From NCBI RefSeq assembly GCF_018350175.1, contig NC_058368.1, positions 73,224,001-73,288,000 of the forward strand: a stretch of DNA of 64,000 bases, written 5' to 3'. Numbering within the stretch: position 1 is the first letter of the stretch; each line of letters begins with the position of its first letter. Shown here piece by piece: positions 38,393 through 52,990 of this stretch. The notes under the pieces are model-generated. The model saw only the letters and a list, made by a program, of their open reading frames with translations, was not told where the DNA came from and did not search any database. The position numbers were made by a program, and so were the translations under genes. This DNA is from Felis catus. Lineage: Eukaryota.

Positions 38393-41300
38393 GGTGTGAA
38401 GATCATAAAAAAAGGACCCTACTTCCACGATGACTGAGAGAGAGTGAAACAGCTTCATGAACGGAACAGACAACGCCCACTCCCCAATGAAGTGAAAGGC
38501 CTGCCTTGTGAGTATATGTCTACCATGCCACACAGAAACCTGCGTGTCACCTGTAATGGGTTTGAGGTTATTAGGGAACATGAACCTGAAGCCCACAAAC
38601 CCATCGTTCACTTTACAGAAACCACAGTGGTTAGAGACATAGCAGTTCTTCTATATAAGCTCTAGCCTTTCCTTACTGTTGTTACATCAGACCTCAGGTT
38701 CTTGCCTTTTCTCCTTTGCCATGGTCTTCTTTCCCCTAAGAAAAGCCTCACTCTTTCCCCACAATACTCACTACACTACCACTACCTAACCTATCTTAAC
38801 TCTTGTTGACTTCTCACTTTCTAATATGTAATTTCTCGTATGCGTCTTATCTCCTCTTCTAAACTGTAAGCTTTCTGAAAACAAACACCAATTCTTATTT
38901 ACCAAGGCATATATTGCACATAGTAGAAACCCAAAATAAGTTTGATAAATAATGAGTGAGTAATGGAAGAATTACTATGAATGATACGTTTTAAACAATG
39001 ACTAACATCTCAATACAAAATCTCAAAAAGCCTCTAAATAATTAATACTAAGTCTCCTACCAACTCAAGAGTTACATTTAAACTATCTTCAGGTTTGCAG
39101 AATGCCTTGCCTTCTCCTACAATATTAATGTTCCAATTGAATGACACAATTAAGTTTTGACCAAATTTAAAAAAGAAAAGAAAGAAAAGACAATGAAGTC
39201 AACATGCTGCAAAATTAATTCAAAATGGCGTCTCTTCTGTACTTGGGAACAAACACAGCATAGCTTTTGAGGAAAGTTTGACAGCTTTTCACCACATTAT
39301 TGGTACACAACTAGTATCTGTAGTAAATACCATAGTTTCTTAATTAAAGTTACCACTGAATTTATACTGAATTTACTTTTTCACTGTCAATCACACTTTC
39401 AAAACTGACATCACTGGGCACCATTAATGCAAAGGGCAAGTTTAATTTTATTTTTCAAGAGCAAAAATGCTTATAGATCTAGTGTTCTTAGAATAAATGG
39501 AAAATTAGTAAAAGGAGAAGAATAGCAGATGCCCTTCCAAAATAGCTTCCCAAGGGACTCCCTGTGACCTGAAACATACCATGCTACCCGCTATTGGAGC
39601 ATGTACCTTTATAGTCCTCACAGATTTTTATTACTACTTTCTTGATTATAAAAGCCTTGTACATACCCTTTGCAGAAAATTTAAAAAGCATGACAAAGGT
39701 AAGAGTCGGCTTACTTCTCGTGACCATCTTTCCCTAACCTTGCCATCAGCCTTGGTTGAGAAGTTCTTCTTGACCACTGTTCCACCCCTTAGCTAATCAA
39801 AATCCAAGCCTTCAGCATGAGATGAAACCAATCTTTCCTGAAGGCTTCCGAGAAGACAGGGGAACCAACACTCCCACAAACAATAGCTTCACCTGGAACA
39901 GCCTGGGCTCCAAACCCAACTCAATGTTTCTCTACCTTTATGCTGCAGGCTCTTCCACCAGGGAGAAAGCCACTCAGTCTGACACTAGACACATTTGTAG
40001 ATTTAAATCCAGCTTATGTTCACTCGGTTTATCTTCAACCCAATTTATACTCAGAGGTAAATCTTGATTAAGAAAAGAAATCCAGAATGTTCCAAAAAAT
40101 AGACAATCAGTGTCAAGCATAGGGGCCCGTGCAGGGAGGAAGGCGGCACAGGCAGGAAAGTCTTACTGGAAGAGAGGGTGGTAGGGAAATAGCAAAACTG
40201 CATTGTTTAAGGTGGAGGTGGTGGGGGGAGAAGGTACATGATGGAGAGGTTGAAATTCTCCATTATGTTGCCTGACTGGGAATGGCCCGAAATGCCCTTG
40301 TGCCTATATCTGACATCCCTATATTTTAGAACTCAGAAATGGAAACCTTAAAAAAAAAAATACACCTGGGCAGATGGCCATTTATAACTTGTCTCCTGGG
40401 GGAGACTCTTACTCAGTGGGTCAGCAACCTGAGTCAGCCCGGAAGAAAACGTAACCATCTGAAGTGAACACCAGATTGAGAATAATTGCTCCCCTGGGGC
40501 CTCACAGATTTGCAAAGTGACTAGGAGTCTACAGGCCTCTAACTTGGGGAAACAAGAGAAGCAGGCAAAAACTGAAAAAATAAAATAAAATAAAAACCAA
40601 CACTGAAACTTCCCATGAGAACACTGATAACAATTGGCTTCATTAAAAAAAAATTCTTTTTTAATTTTGAGACAATCTCAGAATTAAAGAAAAATTGCAC
40701 TTGCAATTGGAGTATTGCAAGTATTGGAGTGTGGGTTGCTGACATGATGCCTTATCACTGCTATATCCTTTAAGTTATATTTCCTATATATGAGGACATT
40801 CTCTTACATATCCACAATTCAAGCAGGAAATTAACATTGATACATTACTGCTTCATTTTTTTAGGGCAGTTTTAGATTCACAGCAAATTCGAGTACAAAG
40901 TTTAGAGTTCCAACATACCCCCATTCTCACACACATACACAGCATCCCCTACTATCAACATCCCACACCAGAGTAACACATTTCTTACAATCCGCAAACC
41001 TACACTGACACATCATTATCACCCTAAACCCATCATTTACATTAGGATTCACTCTTGGTGTTGTACATTCTATAGGCTTTGACAAACGTACCATGATATA
41101 TAGTTACCATTATAGTACAGAATAGTTTCACTGCCCTCAAAATCCTTTGTGCTCTGCCTATTCAACCCTCCCCCCAACCCATGGAAACCACTGATCTTTT
41201 TACTGTTTCCATAGTTTTGCCTTTTCTAAAACCGTCATATAGTTGGAATTATATGATATGTAACCTTCTCGGATTAACTTCTTTTGCTTAGTGATATGTA

Positions 41301-43464
41301 TCTAAGTTTCTTCCATGTCTTTTCTTGGCTTGATAGCTCGTTTATTTTCAACATTGAATAATATTCCACTGTCTGGATGTTCCACAGTTTACTTATCCAT
41401 TCACCTACTAAAGGGTCTTTGTTGCTTCCAAGTTTGGATAATTATGAATAAAACTACAGTAAACATCTATGTACAGGGTTTTGTGTAAATATAAGTTTTC
41501 AACTCTTTAGGGCTTTCAACTCTAAAGAGTGCAATCGTTGGTAAGAGCGTGTACAGCTTTATAAGAAACTGCCAAACTCTCTTCCAAAGTGGCCGCACCA
41601 TTTTGCATTCTCACCAGCAATGTAGGAGAGTTCCTGTTCCACATCCTCTCCAGCATCTGGTGTTGTCAGTATTCTGGATTTTGGCCATTCCAACAGATGT
41701 GTGGTGCTATCTCATTTTAACTGGTGTCTCCCTAAGTAAAGATCTTTTTGTATGCTTATTCGCCATCTCTGTAAACCATCTTGGTGAGTTATCTGTTAAG
41801 GTCTTTGGCCCATTTATTAGCTGGGTTGTTTATTTTATTATTGTTGAGCTTTAAGGGTCCTTTGTATATTTTAGATAATAGTCATTTATCAGAAAAATCT
41901 TTTGCAAATATTTCCCCCAGTCTGTGGCTTGCCTTTTCATTCCCTTGAGGGACATGAATTTTCATTGACATTTGAACTTGTCTCTTTGAAGTTTTGTTTT
42001 GTAGTTTTCTATAATAGACCATTTTTCTCCTATTTACAATGTGTTATTTAATATCTGAAACATGAAAAATTTATAACGTACGTAAGTTATGAAGCAAAAC
42101 ATTAAAATGAATCACTCTAAATTCATAACTTAAGATCTAGAATATTGCCGAGAAGCTCGTGTCTTCAGTATATCGTCTTTCCTCATGTTATTTCCCTGCA
42201 TCCACCTGTGCTACACCCCACTCAAAGGCAGCCATCCCCCTGAGCTGTGCAATTATTTCTGCTTTAAAAATAATGTAATCATGTATAATGAACACAATTT
42301 TTAATTTTGTTTGCATTAAGGTTTATAAAAATGGTGACATATTAAACATGTCTACCACAGCTTGCTTTTTTCACTCAATATATTTTTTTAAGATTTGTTG
42401 AAATTTTTCAATGTAGCTATAATTCATTCGTTGTTTCTGCTATGTACTATTTCACTGCATAAAATATACAATGGTTCATCTTTTTTTAATCGCTAACCAT
42501 TTATGTCAACTTCATTTTTTGATACTGAAAACAATGTCATAAAGGGAATCTGTATGCACACTCCCTGACAGAGGGACAAAAGTTTCTCTAAGAATGTTCT
42601 AAGAATGGAATTGTTGTCACGCAGCCAAAATGATTGTAACAATTTATATTTTTTTTATACCATCAGTGTGTAAAAATCATCCATTACTCCACATCCTCAC
42701 TAATAAATGTTAACAGGCTTCTTTGTTTTCTTCAGTCTAGTGATGTAAAATGGTTCTCAGTGTTGTTTTACTTAACATTTTCCAATTACTCTAAGATCGA
42801 GCAACTTTGCCATAAGTTCATTGGACATTCGTATTTCCTTTTCTGTATAATATCTATTATTGTATGTTGCTAGTTTTTCTGCTGATTTGACATTCTGTTT
42901 GGTTTATAGTTATTATGTATTCTGATTACTAATGTTTTATTGATTTTATACATTGTAAATATTTTCTTCCAGTTTGAGATCTTATTTTCTTTACAGGGTC
43001 TTAGTGAACCAAAGTTCTTGATTTTAATTTTGCCGAATTTATCAATCTTTTCTGCTATGTTGGTAACTTTTGCATCATGTCTAAGAAATTTTTTTCTTAC
43101 ACCTATGTCATAAAGTATTTTCCTATATTTTCTCCTAGCAGTTTTCATATTTAAGTATTTAGTTTCGTGAAATGTATAAAACAGTAATTTAATTTCAGAT
43201 TTTACTTAGATAACAGAGTGTCCAACACAATTTATTAATAGTTTCTTCCAGGACAACCCACAATGCTTGCACTATTATAAAGAAATTTGCATGTGTACCG
43301 GACTTTTTTCCATTAGGTAATTTGTCTCTGTCTGGCCATAAGCATACAGTACTGATTTCCATGGCTTTATAGGAAGAACTCAATGTTGATAGCATAAGTA
43401 CCTCTGTCTCATTTCTCTTGGAGGTATTTTAAGTATTCTTGGGTCTCTAAATTTTATTTTCTTT

Positions 43465-43684
43465 TATTTTTAATTTTTTAAATGTTTATTTATTTTCCAG
43501 AGAGAGACAGAGCACAAGCAGGGGAGGGGCAGAGAGAGAGAGAAGGAGACAGAGAATCCGAAGCAGGCTCCAGACTGTGAACCGTCAGCACGGACCTGGA
43601 TGCAGGGCTCAAACTCACAAACCCACAAGATCATGGCATGAGCCGAAGTCAGATACTCAACTGACTGAGCCACCCAGGCGCCCC
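43465..43684 (-). mobile_element. SINEC-type SINE
   Basis: Full-length reverse copy. Confidence 0.93.
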
Positions 43685-43871
43685 TCGGCCTCTAAACTTT
43701 AGAATCAGCTTGTCAACTTCCTTAACAAATTCTATTGGAATTTTTATTGGAATTTAATGGATTTCTACCTTCAATGTTATCTTTATGATATTAAGTCTTT
43801 CAATCCACAAATGTGTATTATCTCTGCATTTATTTAGATCTTTTCTAGTTTTCTGCTAATACAGTTTAATA

Positions 43872-44057
43872 ATTTTTTTTTTTTGAGAGAGAGAGAGAGT
43901 GCGAGCAGGGGAGAGGGCAAGAGAGCGAGAGAATCCCAAGAGGACTCCACGCTCAGCGCAGAGCCCAACTCAGGGCTGATTCCCACAACCCTGGGATCTT
44001 GACCTGAGCCGAAATCTAGAGTCAGGTGCTAAACCAACTGAGCCACCTAGATTCCCC
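43872..44057 (-). mobile_element. Older SINEC-type SINE
   Basis: TSD tacagttt(a/g)ataatttt. Confidence 0.88.
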
Positions 44058-44854
44058 TACAGTTTGATAATTTTGTCAATATAGATCATGCACATATTTT
44101 TTTTAGAGTTATGCCAATGTACCTTCCATTTTTGTTGCTTTAAAAATGGTATATAGTTTTTGGCTTTGTTTTTTAATTGCCCTTTTCATTTTTGGATAAT
44201 TGTAGATTCACACGCAACTATAAGAAATAACACAGAGAAACACTGTATATGCCTCACCTTGTTTCCCCTAGTGGTAACATCTTCATAACTATTGTACAAC
44301 ATCACAACTAGGAAATTGATCTTGATGAAATTCATGCATCTTATTCAGATTTCACCAGTTTCATATGCATGTGAATGTGTGTTTATTTCTGTGCAGTTGT
44401 ATCACCTGTAGATTCACCCACGTAGCCACCATCAAATTGAACACAGACAAAAATTCTGTCACCACAAGAATCCCTCATGCTCTACGTTTATAGCCACGTC
44501 AACCTCCCCTCTCCTCCCTGCTCAACCTCTCTCTAGCCCCTGGCAACCACTAATGTGTTCTTTCTCTATAAAATGATGTCATGTCAAGAATGTTATCTGA
44601 ATAGAATCAGACAGTATATAAACTTTAGGAATTGGTTTTTGACTTAGCATAATTTATTTGGGCTTCATCTTATTGTTGCAGGCGTAAAGAATTTCTTCCT
44701 TTCTATTGCTGAGTAGTCCATGATGTGGATATATTTATGTATGGCCATTCATCCACTGAAGGACACTTGAGTTGTTTCCAGTCTTGTGCTATTATGGATA
44801 AAGTCACAATAAGCATTCACGTATGCATCTATGTGCAAACAGAAGTGTGCATTT

Positions 44855-45075
44855 CTTTTTTTTTAAATTTTTTTTAATGTTTATTTATTTTTGAGAGAGA
44901 GAGTCAGAGCACGAGTCGGGGAGGGGCAGATAGAGAGGGAGACACAGAATCGGAAGCAGGCTCCAGGCTCCGAGCTGTCAGCACAAAGCCTGACTCGGGG
45001 CTGGAACGCACGAACCTCGAGATCATGACCTAAGCTAAAGTTGGACGCTTAACCGACTGAGCCTCCCAGGTGCCC
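44855..45075 (-). mobile_element. SINEC_Fc-type SINE
   Basis: TSD agaagt(g/t)tgcatttct. Confidence 0.94.
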
Positions 45076-45767
45076 TAGAAGTTTGCATTTCTCTGGAGTA
45101 GATGCCCAAGAGCACCATTGTTGGGTTGTACTGTTAAATGCATGTTTAGTTTCATAAGAAATAGCAAACTATTTTCTATAGTAGGCTTGTACCATTTTAC
45201 ATTGCATTTGTGAGATCACCCCAACTGGATCCTATGGTATCATCATATTTTCATATAACTGGTCCTTTTGGATAACTTCTTAATGATTTTTTTAAATTTT
45301 GCCCTTCATTTTATTATCTGATACTTTATATTCTGTACCTCATGATGCCAATGTCTGAAATATTGGAGCCCTGGCTCAATTTTTTGTTGTTTCTGCTAAA
45401 CTTCACTCATGGTGATTTATTTTCACGGGTGTTTGATGATGTTTTCTTATGAGCTCATGTTCAGTTGATCCTAATCTGTGGGGAAGCTAAAAGCCCTAAC
45501 AGGATTATTACCTTCGGGAAGGATTTGTTTGTTTCTGCTGGGAGTCAGGGGTACTGCTGCTTGAAACCCTTTAAGCTCCTTTCCAGTATCCCCAGTTTCA
45601 TTTAGGACTCAAACTCAATTCCCCCAAATTCCAATTATTTTACATCACTGATGGTACATAGCTCCCAATTCAAAGTAGCTGTTTATAGGACCAAGGAAGC
45701 AGGAGAGGGGAGCAAAGTCCTGAGTACCTTGGGTCTATGGCATGGTCCTGAAAAAGAGGTAGATGCC

Positions 45768-45980
45768 GGGGCACCTGGGTGGCTCAGTTGGTTAAGTGTC
45801 CAACTTCGGCTCAGGTCATGATCTCATGGTTCATGAGTCTGAGCCCTGCATCAGGCTGTGTGCTGACAGCTCGGAACCTAGAGCCTGCTTCGGATTCTGT
45901 GTCTCTTTCCCTCTCTGCCCCTCCCCTGCTCACATTCTGTCTCTCTCTCAAAAATAAATAAACATTAAAAAAGAAAAAGA
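45768..45980 (+). mobile_element. SINEC-type SINE
   Basis: TSD aaaaagagg(t/c)aga. Confidence 0.93.
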
Positions 45981-46964
45981 GGCAGACCCAGATGGGGGTC
46001 CCCCAGATGTGCATTGAACCCTGAACAAAAAGAGGCAGAATAGAAAATAAGTATGAGGATTAAGTGTGCAGAGGGTTCTGTAGGACTTAGCGTGGGATTG
46101 AAGGTTCCAGAGGTAAACTAGTACCTTCTTTCACATTTACCTGGGGCCACACCTGGATAAAAGCCCTATCTGACAGCTATCAGATCTTTGAAAGGAACGT
46201 TCCAATCTTATTAACAGTATTTAAATACAAAGACCTAGTTTTGCTAGAATCCTAACCAGTCTAAACTGCATCGTGTCAGTTAAACAGCCGCTTGTCACTT
46301 TTAAACAATGAAGGCTATAAGTAATATTCCTGGAGACCAAGGGGAACTAGTACATTCTCCATTTATGGGGGCTGTAGCCCAGTTTTGCATGAGGTCATGC
46401 TACTTATCCTGACCTAGGGATATTTCCATGCACATTTAGTTGGCTAAACCTGAGGACTATATTAGGTGGCCTTGTTCCACATCTGTAACTATCTTGTTAC
46501 ATAAGGGTACTGAGAGCAGCAAAGAATGTAAGTGCTTGATTATATATCCCTCAGCAAGTGGCAAGAGGCAGGTTGTTAATTCTTAGATTCTACCAGCATT
46601 AAAATATTTCTATTTTGAATACTTTCCAACATACATAAAAACAAAGAGAACAGCATAATAAACTCCCATATACCCACCATGCAGAATTAAAGATTTATCG
46701 ACATTTTTGCCATACTTAGTTTACCCCTTTAGAGGTTTGTTTTCTTGTTCGTCTTGTTTTGTTGTTTGTTTGCAATGGGATGTTGCTTTTGTTTTAGCTA
46801 GAGAATTTTAAATGAAATCACAGATATGATACCATGTTATCATTACATATTTCAGTATTCATTACAATAGTATGGACATTATCTCACATAACACAATATT
46901 ATCCTACCTAAAAAAAAAAAATTAGCACCATGCAGGCCGCATGGTAACGATCTTTCATTGTGAT

Positions 46965-47180
46965 TTTGTTTTTTCTTAAGTTTATTTATTTATTTTTGAG
47001 AGAGACAGAGACAGCGCGAGGGGGGAGGGGCAGAAAGAGAGAGGAAGACAGAAGCTCAGGCATAATTCTCACATCAGCACAGAGCTGGGCACGGGGCTCC
47101 GACTCATGAAACCATGAGACCATGACCTGAGCCGAAACCAAGAGCTGGCCTCTTAACTGACTGAGCCACCCAGGTGCCCC
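46965..47180 (-). mobile_element. SINEC-type SINE
   Basis: Ends 'ctgagccacccaggtgcccc'. Confidence 0.9.
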
Positions 47181-48324
47181 TCATTGTTTTTTTGATTTTT
47201 TTTTTTTCAATCAGTTCTCTATGGAGGATCATTTGGGTTCTTTCCAGTCTTTTCCTTTTATAAGCAATCATCAGACTTTCATGACTAAGTAATTCCCAGA
47301 AGCATATAGAAGTTTAATCTGGGTTTAGGGCTTCCCCTTCCAATGCATGCTTGTTTTACACACTCAAGTCCCCCTATGCGTAACCAGCTCCGGATTTTGG
47401 CAAGAAGAGTAAGAAGATATGTTTATTGAGGCTGTTTCTTGAAATGTGCTATGAGTTTGCTTCATTAGGTGAAGATAATTGAAGTCAATGGCAGACAGCC
47501 ATGCGTGATTTACAAATAGAAATCAGACCCAGCCTCTGGCCACCCTGAAAGGAAATGTCATTTGGATTACCTCCTGCTGATTTTTAAAAGAACAAATCTT
47601 GGAATTTTCTCAGTTTTCTTACAACCTGACATTTATTGGTCTCCACTTCTGTGAATTCTTTTTAATCAAACGAAGCTTTTGAATATCTGAGTCAGTGTTA
47701 GGTCAAGTGGCAGATTTTTATGTTCACCATTTGTTCAGCGAAATGGAACTTTTAAAAGACAGTCAATAAATCACTGTGTCACTTGAAAAGTGAGCTAGAA
47801 AAAAGATAATGGCAGTGGTAAGAAAAATTATAAAATGCCAAATATACTTACTGCAATCCATTCATAAAACAGAAGAGGACTGATTTCAATCTTTGAAGCA
47901 TAATTCCAATATAACCTTGCTTTTCTCTGAGTCAAGGAGTTCTGAGAACCAACCTCAGCTTGTATGTCCCTAAATAGAGAAAATCAGTTTAATGTAGGAA
48001 TAAAGGGCTGTAAAATGTTAGCAGTTTCCGCATGTAAAAGATGAATAATGAGTAACAATTTTCCATCATTTACCCAGGGCAAGTCTCCTTTCCTCCCTGC
48101 CCTGCCCTCCAGTATTCCCCATCAGAGCAACAGATCCCCTCATGGAAAAGCACCCCCCCCCACCCCGCCACCCTGCTGGGGCCGGGCAGACCACCATTCC
48201 AGTCCTTGCTTTGACACTTACTGGCTGCATGATTTTGGATCATGTCTTTAACTTCTGAAGCTTCCTTGTGCCACTCTTAAAGTGGATTGTGATCTACCTT
48301 CTCAGGTTGTGGAGAGATTAAATC

Positions 48325-48500
48325 CAGTGTTTTTCAAATTCTACTGCACATTAGCATCACCTGGGGAGCCCTGAAAAGTTATGGATGCTCAAGCCTCACT
48401 CTGGACCTTTTAAATGGGAACCTCTGGGAGAAGACGTAGGTGACAATATTTTTTAAGCTCCCCAGGTGATTTCAACATGCAGCCAAGTTTAAGAACCCTA
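48325..48500. mobile_element. MER5A/B-like hAT MITE fossil
   Basis: 'cagtgtttttcaaa...gcatcacctggggagc...aagctccccaggtgatttcaacatgcagccaagtttaagaacc'. Confidence 0.8.
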
Positions 48501-48508
48501 GTGCTCTA

Positions 48509-48715
48509 AGGGCACCTGGATGGCTCAGTCAGTTAAGTATCCAACTTTGGCTCAGGTCATGATCTCACAGTTCATGAGTGCAAGCCCCACATCAGGCTCT
48601 CTGCCAACAGCTCTGAGCCTGGATGGAGGCTGCTTCGGATTCTGTGTCTCCTCTCTCTCTACTCTCTGTCTCTTTCTCTGTCAAAAATAAATAAACGTTA
48701 AAAAAAATTTTTTTA
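48509..48715 (+). mobile_element. SINEC-type SINE
   Basis: Degenerate TSD aagaac(c/t)cta(g/t)tgctcta. Confidence 0.92.
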
Positions 48716-48828
48716 AAGAACTCTATTGCTCTAGTATACATACAAATATCTAGTACACTTCCTGTCCCTCAGCAGACTTTCAGTCAGCAGAGGCTATAAC
48801 CGTTATGTCCTGTCAAATTTCACACCTT

Positions 48829-49050
48829 CTTTTTTTTTTTTTTTAACATTTTTATTTATTTTTTTGGGACAGAGTGAGACAGAGCATGAACGGGGGAGGG
48901 GCAGAGAGAGAGGGAGACACAGAATCGGAAACAGGCTCCAGGCTCTGAGCTGTCAGCCCAGAGCCCGACGCGGGGCTCGAACTCAGGGACCGCGAGATCG
49001 TGACCTGGCTGAAGTCGGACGCTTAACCGACTGCGCCACTCAGGCGCCCC
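48829..49050 (-). mobile_element. Very young SINEC_Fc SINE
   Basis: CpG-intact; TSD caaatttcac(a/g)ccttctt. Confidence 0.95.
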
Positions 49051-50259
49051 AAATTTCACGCCTTCTTGTCAGCTCTTTCTTTCCATTCTCTGACCTGGGG
49101 TGTCTCTAGACTGTTCGAATGAGGGAAATCTGACATGAGAGCCTCCTTGCCTTCGCTATCATCCTGTTTTTCTCCTCTCAGAGTCTCTTTTTCTTTCTTA
49201 TCTCCCCATCCAGTCCCTTAACAAAATAGCAATCGAATCCCCCTAAAATTAAAGGTGCCAGGAAAGGGTAGAGAATTACTGGCTCCAAGCAGAAGTTCAT
49301 ACCGCATGGACGCAGAGTGAGGTGTGCTGAGGATCAAGGGGTTCTCCTTGTATCTCTCAAGGATAAGCTCAGCCAACACTTACTGTCCTAGGGAAATGGT
49401 AGAGTTACAATTTACGATTCGCTCTTTCCAACTCTATTCAGTGACACAATATGGCCGCTTTGATTACTTTTTCATACAATTACCTGTTTTCATTCCGATT
49501 CCTTTTTGTCTGGCTAAGTAAAAATCGCCCTGGTTCATTTCAGATCACCATTATCACGGAAGCCATGGCACGCGGCCCAACAAACTGCAAGCATCTGATT
49601 TGAGGAGCACCCGTCTTTAGGGGTGCCAGACTGTAATTTGTTTGCTTTTGACTGAAATGAAAATATAAGTTAATTAAGATAAGATGATAAGTGAGGTGTC
49701 TGTCCTTAGTCAGGGAGCGATTGCTTCAGGAAAACAAGCGGAGTATTGCTACATGCGTGAGCCTCCTCATTTTTATCCTGACATGCATTAGAAGTGCGTG
49801 TCAACCATTCTCAGTAGATTTCTCACACAAAGATGAATAATTTTCTGCAAGACTTGTTAAATCAAGGTTAGGATTGAAAACTGACATGAAAAATTGAACC
49901 TCTCAAAGAAGCCAAACATTTGAATCAAATGATATGAAATTTCCATCTCTGCTTCTTTAAAGTCTCCAAATTCTTCTACCAGTTTGTAGCTCCTATTAAT
50001 AAAACTAATCGACAAAAAATTTTCGTTATTGTTGAGCCATATCTGAGTACATGAAAATAAGGTTTCGAGGGAAGGTGGACGGTACATGAAGTTTCCATTG
50101 CTCTGTGTTCAGTGTTCAACTACTGCAAAGAGTATCTGCATTTATATCAGCTGTTACCAAAATGCCATTCACTTCTCAACTCCCAGCAACAAGCAGACAT
50201 AGTAAGAAACTGAATCTTAACTCAATGTTGAAAACACCTTAGTTCTGATCACCTTCTCT

Positions 50260-50650
50260 TTACTCCACTGGTGAGAGTGGAGATTCCTTCCCTGGGATTA
50301 CAGCCAAATGCACAAAACCCAGCACTGGACAGATGGAACTGACAATAGCTTACGAGTCACATACACTCACAGCCCAAGAGAAGAAGACACTATGCCCTGC
50401 AGGGTCTCATGGGAATTGTATTCTGGGACACAGCAAACAACCAGAGGCTGCAAGAGGCAGACTTCATAATAACAGAGGGAGGGTGACCACTGGCTCTTAG
50501 GGAAGGATGTGATTGGTTTGGTTGAATAATTCTGTGGGCTGGCAGGGAACCACAGCCGCCTATGGTCCCCATGGTAAGGAACTTGTTGGGCCAGGGAATC
50601 CAATCCTCAGGATCAGAGTGGGTGGGGAAACTTGCAGGTCGGCCATTCAG
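50260..50650. mobile_element. Possible old ERVL-type solo LTR
   Basis: 'ccagcactggacagatgg...gtcacatacactcacagccc...gattggtttggttgaataattc' resembles an old LTR; family uncertain. Confidence 0.4.
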
Positions 50651-52204
50651 TGCCCTCCTACTTTACCCCAAATGTCAAGGCACATATAATATCGGCCTCA
50701 ATATCAGACCTTACACTACAATCTTATGCGTTGAGCATTGTCCACTCACTGGACAGGATAATGAGAGGGTTGGAAAACCAGTGGTTGATCACATTAACCA
50801 GATGCTTCCTTATTTCTCTCCCATTGAGTTGTAAGCTTCATGTGGATAACACCTGTGTCTCTCCTTGCTTTCCACAGCAGCCTTAGCTCTGCACAGGGCA
50901 TGGCACATTAATTAGTTAAATAATTAGCTAATTGATTACCTTCATCAGCTCTCTAAGAGCCACAGCACATAAGCAGTCTTCAAATCTATGATTCTAGGGT
51001 GTTAACTTCATGCTGACAGAGAAGAAAAAAACCCATGGTATTATTAACTCCACCACCCTGTTATCCCCAATTTTGCAACGTCCTCATCCTGTTCTTCCTA
51101 GAGCTCTCAGCAAAACAAATACCACATTTCAGTCTCTTAATATTGTGCTACCCAGGCTAATTGAGAGGTTGCGGGCCACAAAAGCGTAGCCTTGGCAGAA
51201 ACACGGAAACAAACAAAAAAGCCAATCTCTAGCCAGTGAGAAAAAGAGAGAGACCCTCACGGCCAGAAAGCGCCCACAAATCCTTCCCTTCAGCCTCCGT
51301 TATAAATGTCAGAAGCAGTACTGAACGTGCTGCCCTCTTCAACATGTATAATTCTGGAAGATGAGTCAGCCGTTCTGCCTCCCCCTTATTCCCTCTTTGT
51401 AATTCAAAGCCAAAGCCCACTCTCAAATAGTGTTTCTTAAATGTTGACTCAAGAATAAAATATACTGAGAGACAATTGTTTAAAGTCGGTTTAGCAATAT
51501 CTGCCCCAAGAAGAAACAACATAATGAGTACCAATGTCCAGATGGCTATTATGATTAATACACTGGATTCAATCATGTCTAAAATCTGTGAGCGCCCTTC
51601 TTATATATTTCAGTTTTCAATTATTTCAACTGATTGTAATTTCAATTAATAAAGTAGACAGGCACAGCGGCATTTGGAAGTGATTTCAGTGAGACGAAAA
51701 CTATCTATAATTAATGATTTCGGCTATGATTAGAAAATATTTCATTCTTCACAATTTTCTCCCTAATAATCCTCAGTGGAAAGAAGTCGGGAAGAAGACA
51801 GGAAGACTAGAATCTTCATTTAATAAGCTATTTGGACACGGAGATCGCTTCATCTCTCCAAGCTTCAATTTTCTTATCTGTGCAAACTGGGGACAATGAT
51901 ACCTGTCTTGCCAAGTCATTTTGCAAAATAAATGAGATAGTACTGGTGAAAATGCTGTGAAAAGTACAAAATGTTATGTACCAATGTAAGATACTATTAG
52001 ACCAAAAGTTCCTTGATATTTCCACCCTATGCTCTTTCCCTGGCCCCTTCGGTTATTTTTCTGTCAATAAGTGGAATAAAAATGAAAATGTTGCTATTAT
52101 TACTCAAGCTGCTCTCTGTAATGGCACCATTTACACATCGGCAGCTCAAATTTAATCTCCAACTCTGAATTCAGACTCCAAATGCAACTCATCCATGCAA
52201 TAGC

Positions 52205-52450
52205 AATTAGGAGCATGACCTCTAGACCAACTGCCTAGATTGAGATTCTTGTTCTGCCAGCTCTGCGCTGTATAGCCTAGAACACATCATTTAACCTCTG
52301 TGAGCCCCAGTTTTCTCTACAATAAAATTAGAGTAATAATGGCATCTCTCTCACAAAGTTCTGGTAAGCGTTAAATAGGTTCACAGATGTTATACATCTA
52401 GATGGTGCCAGACACATAGCAAACCCTCAGTAGATCTGGCTGTTATTAGT
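52205..52450 (+). mobile_element. MIR remnant
   Basis: 'catttaacctctgtgagccccagttttctctacaataaaattagagtaataat'. Confidence 0.72.
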
Positions 52451-52990
52451 GCCATCACCTCCGGTCACTCTCCACCTTCCAACCTGCTTCTCCTCCGACG
52501 GTCCCTACCATCCAGCAGGTTACCTGTTTCCGTGCAGAGTTGAGGGCTGGAAACTCCTAGTCTGCCATCTTGCTGACGTCATTCCTTCGTTTCTCAGTTT
52601 CCGAGAGCTTTGCACTTCCCTCTCCTCTTTCTTTTTTCCTTGTCTTTTTTTCGTTCGTCCTCTCTTCTCTGAGTATGGTCACTGGTCCCATGTATTTTCC
52701 AGTTCAATGATGCTTTGCAAAGATATTCAGATACTTTGCTAGTCAAAGTTAAATAATACTTGAAACTGAGATGAAATGTAAGTCATCAAACTTAAAAAAA
52801 AAAATTCAACTTTTTCAGGTTAGTCTCTTACTATTAGGAATCAATATCTAACCAGGCAGCATCTATTATGTAATGCTTAGCTAAATTTGGAAAGCATACT
52901 TTTAATACTCTTAGTTTCGTAATGGTTTAATATGGATATGTCTCTGTGTAACTGGAATACTCAGTAAGTGTGAAATAATGACAATAAAAC

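Larger units (their letters stand above)
40665..45210 (-). mobile_element. Cluster of nested old L1 (L1MB/MC/ME-type) 3' fragments on the minus strand, with three SINE insertions
   Basis: 'cattaggattcactcttggtgttgtacattctat', 'ataagaaactgccaaactctcttccaaagtggccgcaccattttgcattctcaccagcaat', 'ccctggcaaccactaat'. Confidence 0.85.
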
